From the NCBI GenBank assembly GCA_051117555.1, contig JBNPEG010000237.1:1-15243 (forward strand): a stretch of DNA of 15,243 nt. The letters run 5' to 3'. The stretch's first letter is position 1. Each line of letters opens with the position of its first letter. Positions 1-8,967 of the stretch are shown one piece after another. The position numbers and the translations under genes are program-made. The notes beneath the pieces are model-generated. The model did not search any database and had not been told where the DNA came from. It saw only the letters and a list, made by a program, of their open reading frames with translations. Source of the DNA: Elainellaceae cyanobacterium (lineage in GTDB: Bacteria; Cyanobacteriota; Cyanobacteriia; CAZCXK01).

Positions 1-61
1 AGCGTAACCCATGCTGATCAGGCATCTTAGCTTTTATCAGTAACCCTAGTGCGCCCCTTGA

Positions 62-1669
62 TTAGGGTATGCGATCATCCTCTACAGAGGGAGGCATTGA
101 AGAGTCTTTGGATGATTCCTCAGATGACTGCTGCGACATATTCGACGAGGGCAAGTATGAGATATCCTCAGACGATGACTCCGCCGCTCTGAAGGTTTCC
201 AGAGGGCTAACCGGATAGACTGGAGTAGACGATGGCAGCAGCTCTAGTTGCCCCGCTGATGGATTTGGCATTGACGGCACAGGCTGTAAATCGGGCTTGG
301 GTTTTCGCTGACTTCGTCGTCGCTGAGACGTATATTCTTCCGATGTTTCCTCTGCCACCACTTCATAGAGCCGAGCAAACTTATGAGGCTGCCCCTTGCG
401 CAAGACCCGCCCCAATCGCTGAATGTATTCGCGGGTTGAACCGGTTCCTGAGAGCAAAATCGCGATGCTGGCCGCCGGTACGTCAACGCCTTCATTCAAC
501 ACATGAGAGGCCACCAGCGTCTTGTAGGTTCCATCCCGAAAGCGGTCAAGAATCTCATGTCTTTCTTTGACAGGAGTCTGGTGGGTAATCGCAGGAATCA
601 AAAACTCCTGGGAAATCCGATAGACTGTAGCATTATCATTCGTAAAAATAAGAGTCTGTTCTGGATAATGCTCGGCAAGCAAATCGGCCAAGACCCTGAG
701 TTTGCCCTCAGTGCCAAGGGCGATCGCCTTTGCATCCCGATGGGCTAACATGGCTCGTCTGCCTGCCCTTGATTGAGCACTTGCACGAACAAATCGCTGC
801 CACCCCTGGAGGCTGCTCAGCCAGATGTTTGACTCGCTTAAAAAGGCATTGCGGGTGCTGATTAGAGCATCGTAGCGATCGCGCTCCTGTTGAGACAGCT
901 TCACCCGAATCTGGACGACTTCGTGACGAGCAAGCGCCTGACCTGCAAGTTCGTCTGCCGTTCGATGATAGACCACCTGACCCAGCAGCATATCGAGTTC
1001 GGAGTGCTTACCATCGGTGCGATCGGGGGTCGCAGTCAGCCCTAACCGATAGGGAGCGATCGCATATTCGGCAATCACGCGATTAAAATCGCTGGGCAAA
1101 TGATGACACTCATCACAAATTAGCAGCGCATACTGGTTGCCAAGGCGTTCGGCATGAATCGCGGCGCTATCATACGTGGCCACTAAAATAGGAGAGCGAT
1201 CGCGCGATCCGCCTCCCAACAGCCCCACCTCTACATCCGGAAATGCTGCGACAAGGTGGGCATACCACTGGTGCATCAAATCAAGGGTTGGAACCGTAAT
1301 CAACGTGCTGCGAGGCGTTGCCTGCATCGCCAGTTGAGCGAGATAGGTTTTGCCTGCCGCCGTTGGCAACACGACCAGCCCCCGTCGCCCCGCTCGAATC
1401 CAAGCATCAAGCGCTTCGCGCTGATGAGGATAGGGCGTCATCTCGATAGCAGGTTTTAGCTCAACCGGGCTAAACTCGCGTGCCAAATCTTCAAATCGGG
1501 TTCCTTCAGCCTGAAGGGTTTCTACCAAATCGCGATATTGAATAGCAGGAACGCGAAACCGTTCAATCCGGTCATCCCATATGGCATAGTCGATCCAGGT
1601 TTTCCCTCGGGGTGGAGGATGTAGAATCAACGTGCCTCGATCAAATTTCAGCGTAGAGGTACGCCCCAT
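62..1669 (-). CDS. Superfamily II DEAD/DEAH-box helicase, XPB/Rad25 (ResIII + Helicase_C) type
   Basis: Q-motif PYPHQREA, Walker A LPTAAGKT, DECHH, motif III GLTATP, EGVDVP and motif VI QRLGRVLR. Ser/Pro-rich C-terminal tail. The ORF opens at 1678; the second ATG (1669) is preferred as start. Confidence 0.88.
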   Translation of the reverse strand: MGRTSTLKFDRGTLILHPPPRGKTWIDYAIWDDRIERFRVPAIQYRDLVETLQAEGTRFEDLAREFSPVELKPAIEMTPYPHQREALDAWIRAGRRGLVVLPTAAGKTYLAQLAMQATPRSTLITVPTLDLMHQWYAHLVAAFPDVEVGLLGGGSRDRSPILVATYDSAAIHAERLGNQYALLICDECHHLPSDFNRVIAEYAIAPYRLGLTATPDRTDGKHSELDMLLGQVVYHRTADELAGQALARHEVVQIRVKLSQQERDRYDALISTRNAFLSESNIWLSSLQGWQRFVRASAQSRAGRRAMLAHRDAKAIALGTEGKLRVLADLLAEHYPEQTLIFTNDNATVYRISQEFLIPAITHQTPVKERHEILDRFRDGTYKTLVASHVLNEGVDVPAASIAILLSGTGSTREYIQRLGRVLRKGQPHKFARLYEVVAEETSEEYTSQRRRSQRKPKPDLQPVPSMPNPSAGQLELLPSSTPVYPVSPLETFRAAESSSEDISYLPSSNMSQQSSEESSKDSSMPPSVEDDRIP

Positions 1670-1794
1670 TGCACCCATGATTAGTTCGGCAAGGATTGGC
1701 TTGAATCGTCTGAATGGTGAATGCGTGACTCGTTAGAGTCTATCATTCAAGATTTTAGACATGTTCATTGTAGAATGTGTAATTTCGGTACGTT

Positions 1795-3015
1795 ATGCGG
1801 ATACGGCACTCATTCTGGATTTTGCTGGTAGCGGTATTAGCACTTTGTCTGATTCCGAGTTGTGTCTCAGACCCAACAGTGAGCAATCAATGGGTCAGGG
1901 GCGATCGCCTCAGTGAACCCCTTGGCGACCTCCAGGCACTCACGGTTCGCAAAGAAACGCTGACCTTTGATTGGACATCACTATCTGGTCAAGACACCTC
2001 CAAACCTGAATCGAGGCGACAGGGGCAGCTCACGGCAACCTACCAGATTCGTAATCCCGGTGACCCCGTCAACGTGACGTTTACACTGACTGCACCGGGC
2101 GCAAAACGTGGCAAGATCAAGCTCGACAATCAAACTATTCCGACCCAACCAGCCCCTCTGCCAAATCTTCCAGATACCCTAACTCAATCCGTTTCCATAC
2201 CCGCATTTAGCAATCGGAGCGATCGCGATCGCAGTATTGATCGGGTTAATCCCAATCGATGGTATGACCTATTGGCTCGACTAAGCCAATCGTCAGCGCA
2301 GCGTAAGGTTGCGACTCTCTACGACTTAGAGCAAATTCGTCCTCCCAAAACTCCCGCCACGGGCACAACCGTTACCATCCCCTTACCAGGCGGCGATCAT
2401 ACACTAACCCTCACCTACCGAATGCGACCGTACGAACACCACGGCAATCATGTCTATAAGGACTACGTGATCGGTTACTTATTCGCTCCAGACCAGTCAT
2501 GGCAATCGACTGAGCGGATTGACCTCGAAGTGATCGTGCCCCGTAATTGGGACATGGTATCGTCTCTATCCATGCTGCGGCGCGATCGGGTCATTTGGGC
2601 AACCTATCTAAACTATCCTGCCGATGGAATGGCGATCGCCTTCCGATATCACCTCAATCCATTTGCGATGCTAACGAGCCTTGCCCTGAGACTCGGAGGC
2701 GCCATTTTAGGATGGGTGAGCGCCTATCGCATCGGGCAACAGTTCGGTCGATCGAATCGGGTCGGTTGGTTTAAGAGTCAGTCAAATCTCGAACGGTTAA
2801 TCAAGCTGAATGGCTTGGCAAGTCTAGCATTCTTACTCCCTGCCCTAGCAGGCACCTGGCTAAGCTATGAGCTACTGAACAGCGAGTTTATTTCGACGGT
2901 TTGGATGCAGCACTACATCATCATGCATACTGTCTTACTCATCATCGGTACGGCGTTGGGCTGTGTAACGGCCTCAGCCGCAACCGCCAACTCAGGGCTA
3001 CAATCTGAGATTTGA
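1795..3015 (+). CDS. Hypothetical exported/membrane protein: putative lipoprotein signal, beta-rich domain (possibly DUF4424-like) and about 3 C-terminal TM helices
   Basis: 406-aa ORF. N-terminus MRIRHSFWILLVAVLALCLIPSC is a signal peptide with a lipobox-like Cys; hydrophobic stretches lie near the C-terminus. The domain resemblance is tentative. Confidence 0.7.
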   Translation: MRIRHSFWILLVAVLALCLIPSCVSDPTVSNQWVRGDRLSEPLGDLQALTVRKETLTFDWTSLSGQDTSKPESRRQGQLTATYQIRNPGDPVNVTFTLTAPGAKRGKIKLDNQTIPTQPAPLPNLPDTLTQSVSIPAFSNRSDRDRSIDRVNPNRWYDLLARLSQSSAQRKVATLYDLEQIRPPKTPATGTTVTIPLPGGDHTLTLTYRMRPYEHHGNHVYKDYVIGYLFAPDQSWQSTERIDLEVIVPRNWDMVSSLSMLRRDRVIWATYLNYPADGMAIAFRYHLNPFAMLTSLALRLGGAILGWVSAYRIGQQFGRSNRVGWFKSQSNLERLIKLNGLASLAFLLPALAGTWLSYELLNSEFISTVWMQHYIIMHTVLLIIGTALGCVTASAATANSGLQSEI

Positions 3016-3048
3016 GCTGATTTTAAGTCTCAAATCCCCAAAAAATCG

Positions 3049-3210
3049 TGGCGTTGCTGATCTACGCGAATGAATTTAATCGCGAGCAAGATGCTGATGC
3101 TACGCATTGCCACAGGCAAACCGCACTGCTCAAGATTATTTGCCCGAAAGAAGTGTGAGCGTCTCGCTTACACCCGTATAAGACAAAATCATCCCAATTA
3201 AGCAACGCCA
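3049..3210. mobile_element. MITE/REPIN-like non-autonomous element with 10-bp terminal inverted repeats
   Basis: TGGCGTTGCT (3049-3058) and AGCAACGCCA (3201-3210) are perfect inverted repeats. Inside are degenerate REP-like units GCGAGCAAGATGCT (3082-3095) and the hairpin GTGTGAGC-gtctc-GCTTACAC (3153-3173). No transposase. Confidence 0.5.
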
Positions 3211-3271
3211 AATCGTCTAGGGATAGCCCTGAGATTCAACTTAATGTCTCTCTTTTTGTAGAGAATCAACT

Positions 3272-3289
3272 TTCACAATTCGTTACAAT
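3272..3289 (+). promoter_or_regulatory. Putative HLR1 (RpaB-binding) direct repeat
   Basis: TTCACAAT-tc-GTTACAAT versus consensus (G/T)TTACA(T/A)(T/A)-N2-(G/T)TTACA(T/A)(T/A): one mismatch, about 35 nt before the probable start at 3324. Confidence 0.5.
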
Positions 3290-3323
3290 AGTTAATAGAA
3301 GGTAACGAGAGGTGATTCGTCTC

Positions 3324-3587
3324 ATGATGCCCAACTTATTTCAGGCAACTCAAGACTACTGGCAAAAGCTAGACGCACTAGAAGCAGCCTATCAGCGCGG
3401 CGACGTTTCGATTAAAGAAGTCGATGATCGCGTTGAAGAACTCATGAAAGAATTAGGACAAGAACGGCGGGCAGCGCTTCGATTTTTTTGGGACAATCTC
3501 AGTCGATTCTGGCGCGAGCAGAAAGAACCGATTGCAGCAACGGCACTGGTTGGCATGTTAACCTACGCGTGGATTGTAATCAGCTAG
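3324..3587 (+). CDS. Small hypothetical protein with charged helical N-terminus and C-terminal TM helix
   Basis: ORF 3312..3587. GAGGTGA SD favours the ATG at 3324. C-terminal hydrophobic segment [18 protein letters not shown]. Stop is 1 nt before the msrA start. Confidence 0.75.
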   Translation: MMPNLFQATQDYWQKLDALEAAYQRGDVSIKEVDDRVEELMKELGQERRAALRFFWDNLSRFWREQKEPIAATALVGMLTYAWIVIS

Positions 3588-3588
3588 T

Positions 3589-4062
3589 ATGAATTCTCAT
3601 TCCACTACCGAAATCGCAACCTTTGGAGCGGGCTGCTTCTGGGGCATTGAAGCCGCATTTCGGAGAGTTCCGGGTGTTGTTTCGACGTCGGTAGGCTATA
3701 TGGGCGGACATTTCCCAAACCCTTCCTACTTGGATGTCTGCGCTCGCATCACCGGGCATGCCGAGGTCACTCAGGTTGAATATGATATCAACCAGGTTTC
3801 ATACAACGATCTGTTAAACGTGTTTTGGGATATCCACGACCCCACCAGCGTGAACCGCCAAGGTCCTGATCGCGGCGATCAGTATCGGTCTGTCATTTTT
3901 TATCACACTCCAGATCAAGAGCAAGCAGCCCGACAATCAAAGCGAAAGCTTCAGCTCTCTGGAAATTGCGATCGCGATATCGTCACCGAGATCAAGCCCG
4001 CATCCGATTATTACCGTGCTGAAGACTATCATCAGCAGTATTACGAAAAGAAGAAACGTTAA
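3589..4062 (+). CDS. msrA: Peptide-methionine (S)-S-oxide reductase MsrA
   Basis: Catalytic FGAGCFWG motif, [21 protein letters not shown] and AEDYHQQY. Confidence 0.96.
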   Translation: MNSHSTTEIATFGAGCFWGIEAAFRRVPGVVSTSVGYMGGHFPNPSYLDVCARITGHAEVTQVEYDINQVSYNDLLNVFWDIHDPTSVNRQGPDRGDQYRSVIFYHTPDQEQAARQSKRKLQLSGNCDRDIVTEIKPASDYYRAEDYHQQYYEKKKR

Positions 4063-4150
4063 CGCTTCGCTTGATGAAAACGAATGCAGCGCGAATTTTA
4101 GATAATCTTGGTGTCCGATACCAGTTGCTGAGTTTTGAAATCTTAAATTA

Positions 4151-5326
4151 TCATTGACGAAACACAGGCAGCGTAAAATGAAAGCTGCTTCCCCTACCGG
4201 CAGACGAATCGACCCAAATTTGCCCATAGTGCGCTCGTACAATGCGCTGACATAACGACAAACCAATTCCGTATCCTTCTTTCAATTCATCTCGCTTAAG
4301 GCGAAACTGGTCTTCAAAAATATGGGATTGGTTTTCTTTTGGAATCCCAGGCCCATCATCGCAAATGCTGACTTGAATTTTTTGAGTGGTGCGATGCAGT
4401 GCGGAAATATGAATAGTTCCACCGTCAGGAGTATATTTAATTGCGTTGTCTAGCAAATTGACGAGTAGTTGCCTGACTCGATCTTGATCGGCATAAACCT
4501 TCGGCAAATCGTTGGGAATGTCGATTTCGATGTATTGAGATTTGACTTGATACTGGTTTTTGAGCCGATTCAAAATATCTAAACACAATTTCTTGAAATC
4601 AAAATTCTTGGGATGAATTTCAAATCCCGCTGATGTGCCCTTTGCAGCTTGCAGAATGTCAGTAATCATACGATCAATTGCTTTCGTTTGAGCCCGGGCA
4701 TGTTTGAGGAGCTGAGCCATCATGGCAGGGTTCAGTCGCTCTCGATGCTGCGAATTTTCCTCATTCCCCATTTCTAAGGTTTCTAACGCAATCGAAAGAG
4801 CCGTCAGCGGGTTACGCAAATCATGGGCCAGCATGGCGATGAGGCGATCCTTAAACTGAAGCTGTTCGTGCAATGCCTCTCTTTCTTGCTTCGTTCGAAA
4901 TAGGTCATCTGATAACCGAATGACCTCAGCAGCGCGCAACGTCGAGATGGGCAGGTGTTTATCTCGGTCATCATCAGCCCCATCTGGATCAATGGCTTGC
5001 CTATCTCGACAGGTTTCGATTGATCGCTGCCAACGAGACCACCAATGGTCTATTTGAGCAACTAGATCGCTTCCTGCCAGCACTTGCCGAGGTTCTGGAA
5101 GTATTTTAATCAACGCAGGAGTTGCAACTAATCGAAAATGCTCGGCTAAGTAGGGATGCTCAACTACATCGATGACTTGTAAATCGACAGAACACTCATC
5201 GTCTCTGTCTCGAAGATAATTTCGAATTTGACGAATTTTCTCGCTCGAAGTCGGTCGCTTGTCGACAAACAGCAAGAGCTGCAAGAGCGCCTGAGAATTC
5301 GCAATTTGTTTGGGCAATGCCTCCAT
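4151..5326 (-). CDS. sasA: Adaptive-response sensor histidine kinase SasA (KaiB-like N-terminal domain + HisKA + HATPase)
   Basis: N-terminal LQLLLFVDKRP...LAEHFRLVATPALIKILPEPRQVLAG (KaiB-like), H-box AHDLRNPL, N-box NLLDNAIKY, G-boxes DDGPGI and GYGIGL. Confidence 0.92.
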   Translation of the reverse strand: MEALPKQIANSQALLQLLLFVDKRPTSSEKIRQIRNYLRDRDDECSVDLQVIDVVEHPYLAEHFRLVATPALIKILPEPRQVLAGSDLVAQIDHWWSRWQRSIETCRDRQAIDPDGADDDRDKHLPISTLRAAEVIRLSDDLFRTKQEREALHEQLQFKDRLIAMLAHDLRNPLTALSIALETLEMGNEENSQHRERLNPAMMAQLLKHARAQTKAIDRMITDILQAAKGTSAGFEIHPKNFDFKKLCLDILNRLKNQYQVKSQYIEIDIPNDLPKVYADQDRVRQLLVNLLDNAIKYTPDGGTIHISALHRTTQKIQVSICDDGPGIPKENQSHIFEDQFRLKRDELKEGYGIGLSLCQRIVRAHYGQIWVDSSAGRGSSFHFTLPVFRQ

Positions 5327-5712
5327 GCAATCCTTCTCAGAAATAAATCGTCACTACACCGTTGAGGGAAACTAACTGAGTCATAAGCGTTGAGTTTAGC
5401 GGTCTCCCCTGATTTCTCACAACTCCCTATATTTTACAGACTAAATCTTTATTATCTTTATCTTTCCTTAAGAAGTTAGGTTCATCATAACGCTAAGGAT
5501 TTGTAAAGAAACGAGTTTTGTTTCAGCATAACGGCATCCTCTCCGTAGTTCTTCTAAGGGAACGGCAGTCTAGCTTCCTTGAGGAGAGGTTAAGGAACGG
5601 ATGGTAGTTTTAGCCAACCATTCGTGGAAGATAGAGCGGGTCGTGTCAATCTTCTCATTTCTGAGGTTGATTGGCTTCCGAAGTATGCTGGTAATAGAGT
5701 CGAGAGGGGAGG

Positions 5713-6396
5713 ATGATGACTAATTCTCAAATCCAGCATCAAGATTATTCTGCCGAGGTTTATCAAGGCCAGTTCGGTGAATTTACGATTACAAAAAGCG
5801 ATCGCCTGGGTGTCATGATTTACCGAGGCGGGCTCATGGTTGCCGCCATCAGTTTTGCGATGGGTGTTGCTCTGACGGTGTGGGAACCTCAGACCCCAAT
5901 TGTTCTGTCGATAATAACGCTGCTGTATGCGAGTTTTTCTCTGGCATTGGGGATTAGTTTATTAACCATCCACATCTATCTGGCAGCGCTGCATCGATTT
6001 CTACAAGTGTGTTGGTTGATCGGAGTCAGTGCATCCGTGGCGTTAATTTTCCAGAATTCTGTGCCACTCCCCCTATTGGTATACGAGCAACCCGCTGTGA
6101 TTTGGGGAATCGGATTTACATTCGTTGCGCTGACAGGGATTTTCTTTAAAGAAGCATTTTGTTTTAATCGATTCGAAACTAAACTGCTGACTCCGCTGGT
6201 ACCGCTTCTGCTATTGGGCCATCTATCTGGAATATTGTCGCCTCCAGTTTCTCAAGCACTGTTAGGAGTGTGGGCCGTTTTAATGATGGTGTTTGCAGTT
6301 CGCAAAGCGTTGCAGCCCATTCCTCCCGATATTGGGGATAAAAGCGTGTTTGACTACTTGCGGCAACAGCGCCTTGCTAATCACTCGAATACATAA
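5713..6396 (+). CDS. DUF2301 family integral membrane protein
   Basis: Multi-TM 227-aa ORF with YQGQFGEFTI, IHIY, GIFFKEAFCF and DIGDKSVF motifs. GAGGGGAGG SD upstream. Confidence 0.85.
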   Translation: MMTNSQIQHQDYSAEVYQGQFGEFTITKSDRLGVMIYRGGLMVAAISFAMGVALTVWEPQTPIVLSIITLLYASFSLALGISLLTIHIYLAALHRFLQVCWLIGVSASVALIFQNSVPLPLLVYEQPAVIWGIGFTFVALTGIFFKEAFCFNRFETKLLTPLVPLLLLGHLSGILSPPVSQALLGVWAVLMMVFAVRKALQPIPPDIGDKSVFDYLRQQRLANHSNT

Positions 6397-6439
6397 TCCT
6401 TAGTTTCTATGTCAACCTAGCGATGCTCCACTCCAACGA

Positions 6440-7132
6440 ATGCTGACTGATAGCAAGAACTCACGCCTATTCAAGTTTGCACGCCGTTTAGGTCGCTATT
6501 GTTATGAGGGTTGGCTAATCGTTTGGGCATGGTTCTGGATAGTGCTTTGTGCGATCGCATCTAGACTGCTGGCGATCGCCAACATTTATCCGTTCCTGGC
6601 TGCTAATAAACCACTCGAAACAGCGAACGCATTAGTTGTAGAAGGGTGGTTGTCGGATATGGCACTCAAACGAGCCGTTGATGAATTTCAGCAGGGTGCT
6701 TACCAATGGCTCATCGTCACCAGTTGTCCCCTGTTGCATGGCTACTACTTATCAGACTGTGAAAATTTTGCCGATCTTAAAACAGCAACCCTGATCAAAT
6801 TAGGAATAGAGCCAAACCGCATTATTAGTCTAGCGGTTCCAAAAGCTGAGCATCATCGCACCATCACTGCGGCTATGACGCTACACGACTGGCTCCTCAA
6901 TGAAGCGCCCACGATTCGTTCGATTAACGTCTATACGGTGGGGCCTCATGCTCGCCGAAGCTGGAAGTTATTTCAGCGAGTATTAGAACCCACCGTCAGA
7001 GTCGGTATCATTGCTGCACCACCGTTGACCTATGACCCAAAATGCTGGTGGACATCTAGCGAAGGGGCTCGCTCGGTGATTTCTGAAACGATTGGCTATA
7101 CCTACGCAATTTTACTGAACCGAGCGAGCTAG
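6440..7132 (+). CDS. YdcF/DUF218 (ElyC/SanA-like) family protein
   Basis: N-terminal TM segment, LVVEGW, T..A motif, VYTVGPHARRS and W(W)...SE..GY near the C-terminus. Confidence 0.72.
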   Translation: MLTDSKNSRLFKFARRLGRYCYEGWLIVWAWFWIVLCAIASRLLAIANIYPFLAANKPLETANALVVEGWLSDMALKRAVDEFQQGAYQWLIVTSCPLLHGYYLSDCENFADLKTATLIKLGIEPNRIISLAVPKAEHHRTITAAMTLHDWLLNEAPTIRSINVYTVGPHARRSWKLFQRVLEPTVRVGIIAAPPLTYDPKCWWTSSEGARSVISETIGYTYAILLNRAS

Positions 7133-7148
7133 CGTCTGCTTCGTGTCT

Positions 7149-7850
7149 CTAGCTCACATCGCGTAGAGAGGATTGGGCATCCCATCTTAGCTTTCGGGCA
7201 ATTCTGAATAGTTCGTGTCCGGTATGCAAATAGTGCTCGGTATAGCTATACGTAAATCGTTCCAATTCCTCAATCCCGTCTCCGGTTTGATTAAGGCAGT
7301 AAAAAAGGCTAGACGCCGCTCCCGCTAGATTAGCAGGATTGGGAACGGAGCGAAAGAACTGTTGCGCTTGATTCAGATGCTCTCGACAATCGTCAAGATA
7401 TGCCTGGAAATCAGCCATTAGCTCATCGTCAAATGGATCAGCAGCAAGCTGATCCATTTGGTCTTCTAAGGGATTTAAAATACGGCACAGCAAACGATTG
7501 ACAGGTTGATAGACAAGCCGTAACCAGCGTTCAGATTGCTGGTCAGTGTCTCGTCCAGACTGTTTACGACGATAATATTGGCTTTGAGCAGCGGCGGCCC
7601 GATGCTGGCGATAGGGTGCGCTGGATCGGGATAAAACGGTCTTGAAGTGGCGATCGTAAGCCTGACGTCGCTCAGGATCTCCTAAAACTTCATACGCTTC
7701 GTTGATGACAGCAATGCGATGATGGTTGGCGATCGCCTGATTACTGTCAGGATGAAATAGCTTTGCTAGCCGACGATACGCTTGTTTGATCTCGGCTTGG
7801 TTGGCGCTGACATTAACCTCTAGATCGTCGTAATAATTCGAGTGTGCCAT
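7149..7850 (-). CDS. J-domain (DnaJ-like, class C) co-chaperone
   Basis: NYYDDLEV...EIKQAYRRLAKLFHPD...INEAYEVLGDPERRQAYD J domain; no G/F region or zinc finger. ATG at 7850 preferred over GTG at 7856. Confidence 0.88.
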   Translation of the reverse strand: MAHSNYYDDLEVNVSANQAEIKQAYRRLAKLFHPDSNQAIANHHRIAVINEAYEVLGDPERRQAYDRHFKTVLSRSSAPYRQHRAAAAQSQYYRRKQSGRDTDQQSERWLRLVYQPVNRLLCRILNPLEDQMDQLAADPFDDELMADFQAYLDDCREHLNQAQQFFRSVPNPANLAGAASSLFYCLNQTGDGIEELERFTYSYTEHYLHTGHELFRIARKLRWDAQSSLRDVS

Positions 7851-7937
7851 GCCCACATTTTATCGCGCTTGCTCGCGAACAAATCGAGAAAGAATCATAC
7901 AATTTTTGGCGATCGCTTAACCCGGAGGCTCCGACTG

Positions 7938-8897
7938 CTAGCCCATCGCAGCCGTAACAAGTTCAGGATCTTGAAACAATGGGGTACTGAGATAGCGCTC
8001 ACCAAAACTGGGCTGAATCATGACAATAAGACGGCCTTCATTTTCAGGGCGCCGGGCAACCTGAATCGCAGCCGCTAAGGCAGCACCACTCGAAATTCCA
8101 GAGAGCAACCCTTCTTCGCGCGCAAGACGACGACCATAGGCGATCGCATCTTCATCCGCCACTGCAATCACTTCGTCAATTAAGTCCCGTCGCAGCACGT
8201 CCGGCACAAATCCAGCACCAATTCCTTGGATCTTATGAGGCCCGGGTTGTCCACCCGACAAGATGGGGCTATTGACAGGTTCAACGGCGATCGCCCGAAA
8301 GGTAGACTTACGCTGCTTCAAGACTTCTGAAACTCCCGTGATAGTGCCTCCAGTCCCCACCCCCGCTATTAGAAAATCTACCTGTCCGTCAGTGTCATCC
8401 CAAATTTCAACGGCCGTCGTTTCTCGATGAATTTTTGGATTGGCCGGATTCCGAAACTGCTGCAACATATAAGCGTGAGGCAACGTATCGACAATCTGTT
8501 GTGCCCTTTGAATACAACCGCCCATGCCTTCAATTCCAGGCGTTAACTCAAGTTCTGCTCCATACGCTCTCAACATGGCGCGTCGTTCCGAACTCATTGT
8601 TTCTGGCATGGTCAAAATCAGACGATAGCCCCTCGCCGCTGCTGCCATTGCCAACGCAATCCCCGTATTCCCTGACGTTGGCTCAACTAGCACCGTTTTC
8701 CCAGGTTCAATTAACCCCCGATGCTCTGCCATATCAATCATGCTGGTGCCAATTCGGTCTTTCACAGAAGCAGACGGATTCATCCCCTCCAATTTCACAA
8801 CAATCTGGGCAACGCATCCCTCTGAACAAGGAATACGGTTCAACTGCACCAGCGGTGTACGACCGATAAGCTGAGTAATATCACGAGCAATTTTCAT
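7938..8897 (-). CDS. cysK: Cysteine synthase A (O-acetylserine sulfhydrylase)
   Basis: PLP lysine motif [39 protein letters not shown] and SFGERYLST. Confidence 0.96.
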   Translation of the reverse strand: MKIARDITQLIGRTPLVQLNRIPCSEGCVAQIVVKLEGMNPSASVKDRIGTSMIDMAEHRGLIEPGKTVLVEPTSGNTGIALAMAAAARGYRLILTMPETMSSERRAMLRAYGAELELTPGIEGMGGCIQRAQQIVDTLPHAYMLQQFRNPANPKIHRETTAVEIWDDTDGQVDFLIAGVGTGGTITGVSEVLKQRKSTFRAIAVEPVNSPILSGGQPGPHKIQGIGAGFVPDVLRRDLIDEVIAVADEDAIAYGRRLAREEGLLSGISSGAALAAAIQVARRPENEGRLIVMIQPSFGERYLSTPLFQDPELVTAAMG

Positions 8898-8901
8898 GAA
8901 A

Positions 8902-8958
8902 ATCTGTCTCTATCTGCCTCTATCTGTCTCTATCTGCCTCTATCTGTCTCTATCTGCC
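8902..8958. repeat. Tandem repeat of 10-bp TATCTGYCTC units alternating T/C (20-bp higher-order unit, ~5.7 units)
   Basis: ATCTGTCTC TATCTGCCTC TATCTGTCTC TATCTGCCTC TATCTGTCTC TATCTGCC, read directly from the sequence. Confidence 0.95.
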
Positions 8959-8967
8959 AATAACGAT

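Noticed and set aside
1..25. Possible start of a next minus-strand gene (ATG at 25, MPDQHGLR...)
   Set aside because: Only 8 codons are visible, too little to support a call.
232..1459. Short ORFs overlapping the helicase (232..570, 244..495, 503..748, 1256..1459)
   Set aside because: Antisense or out-of-frame shadows of a well-supported gene, with no recognisable motifs.
8902..8958. Tandem repeat as a CRISPR array
   Set aside because: Units are 10 bp, with no unique spacers and no cas genes.
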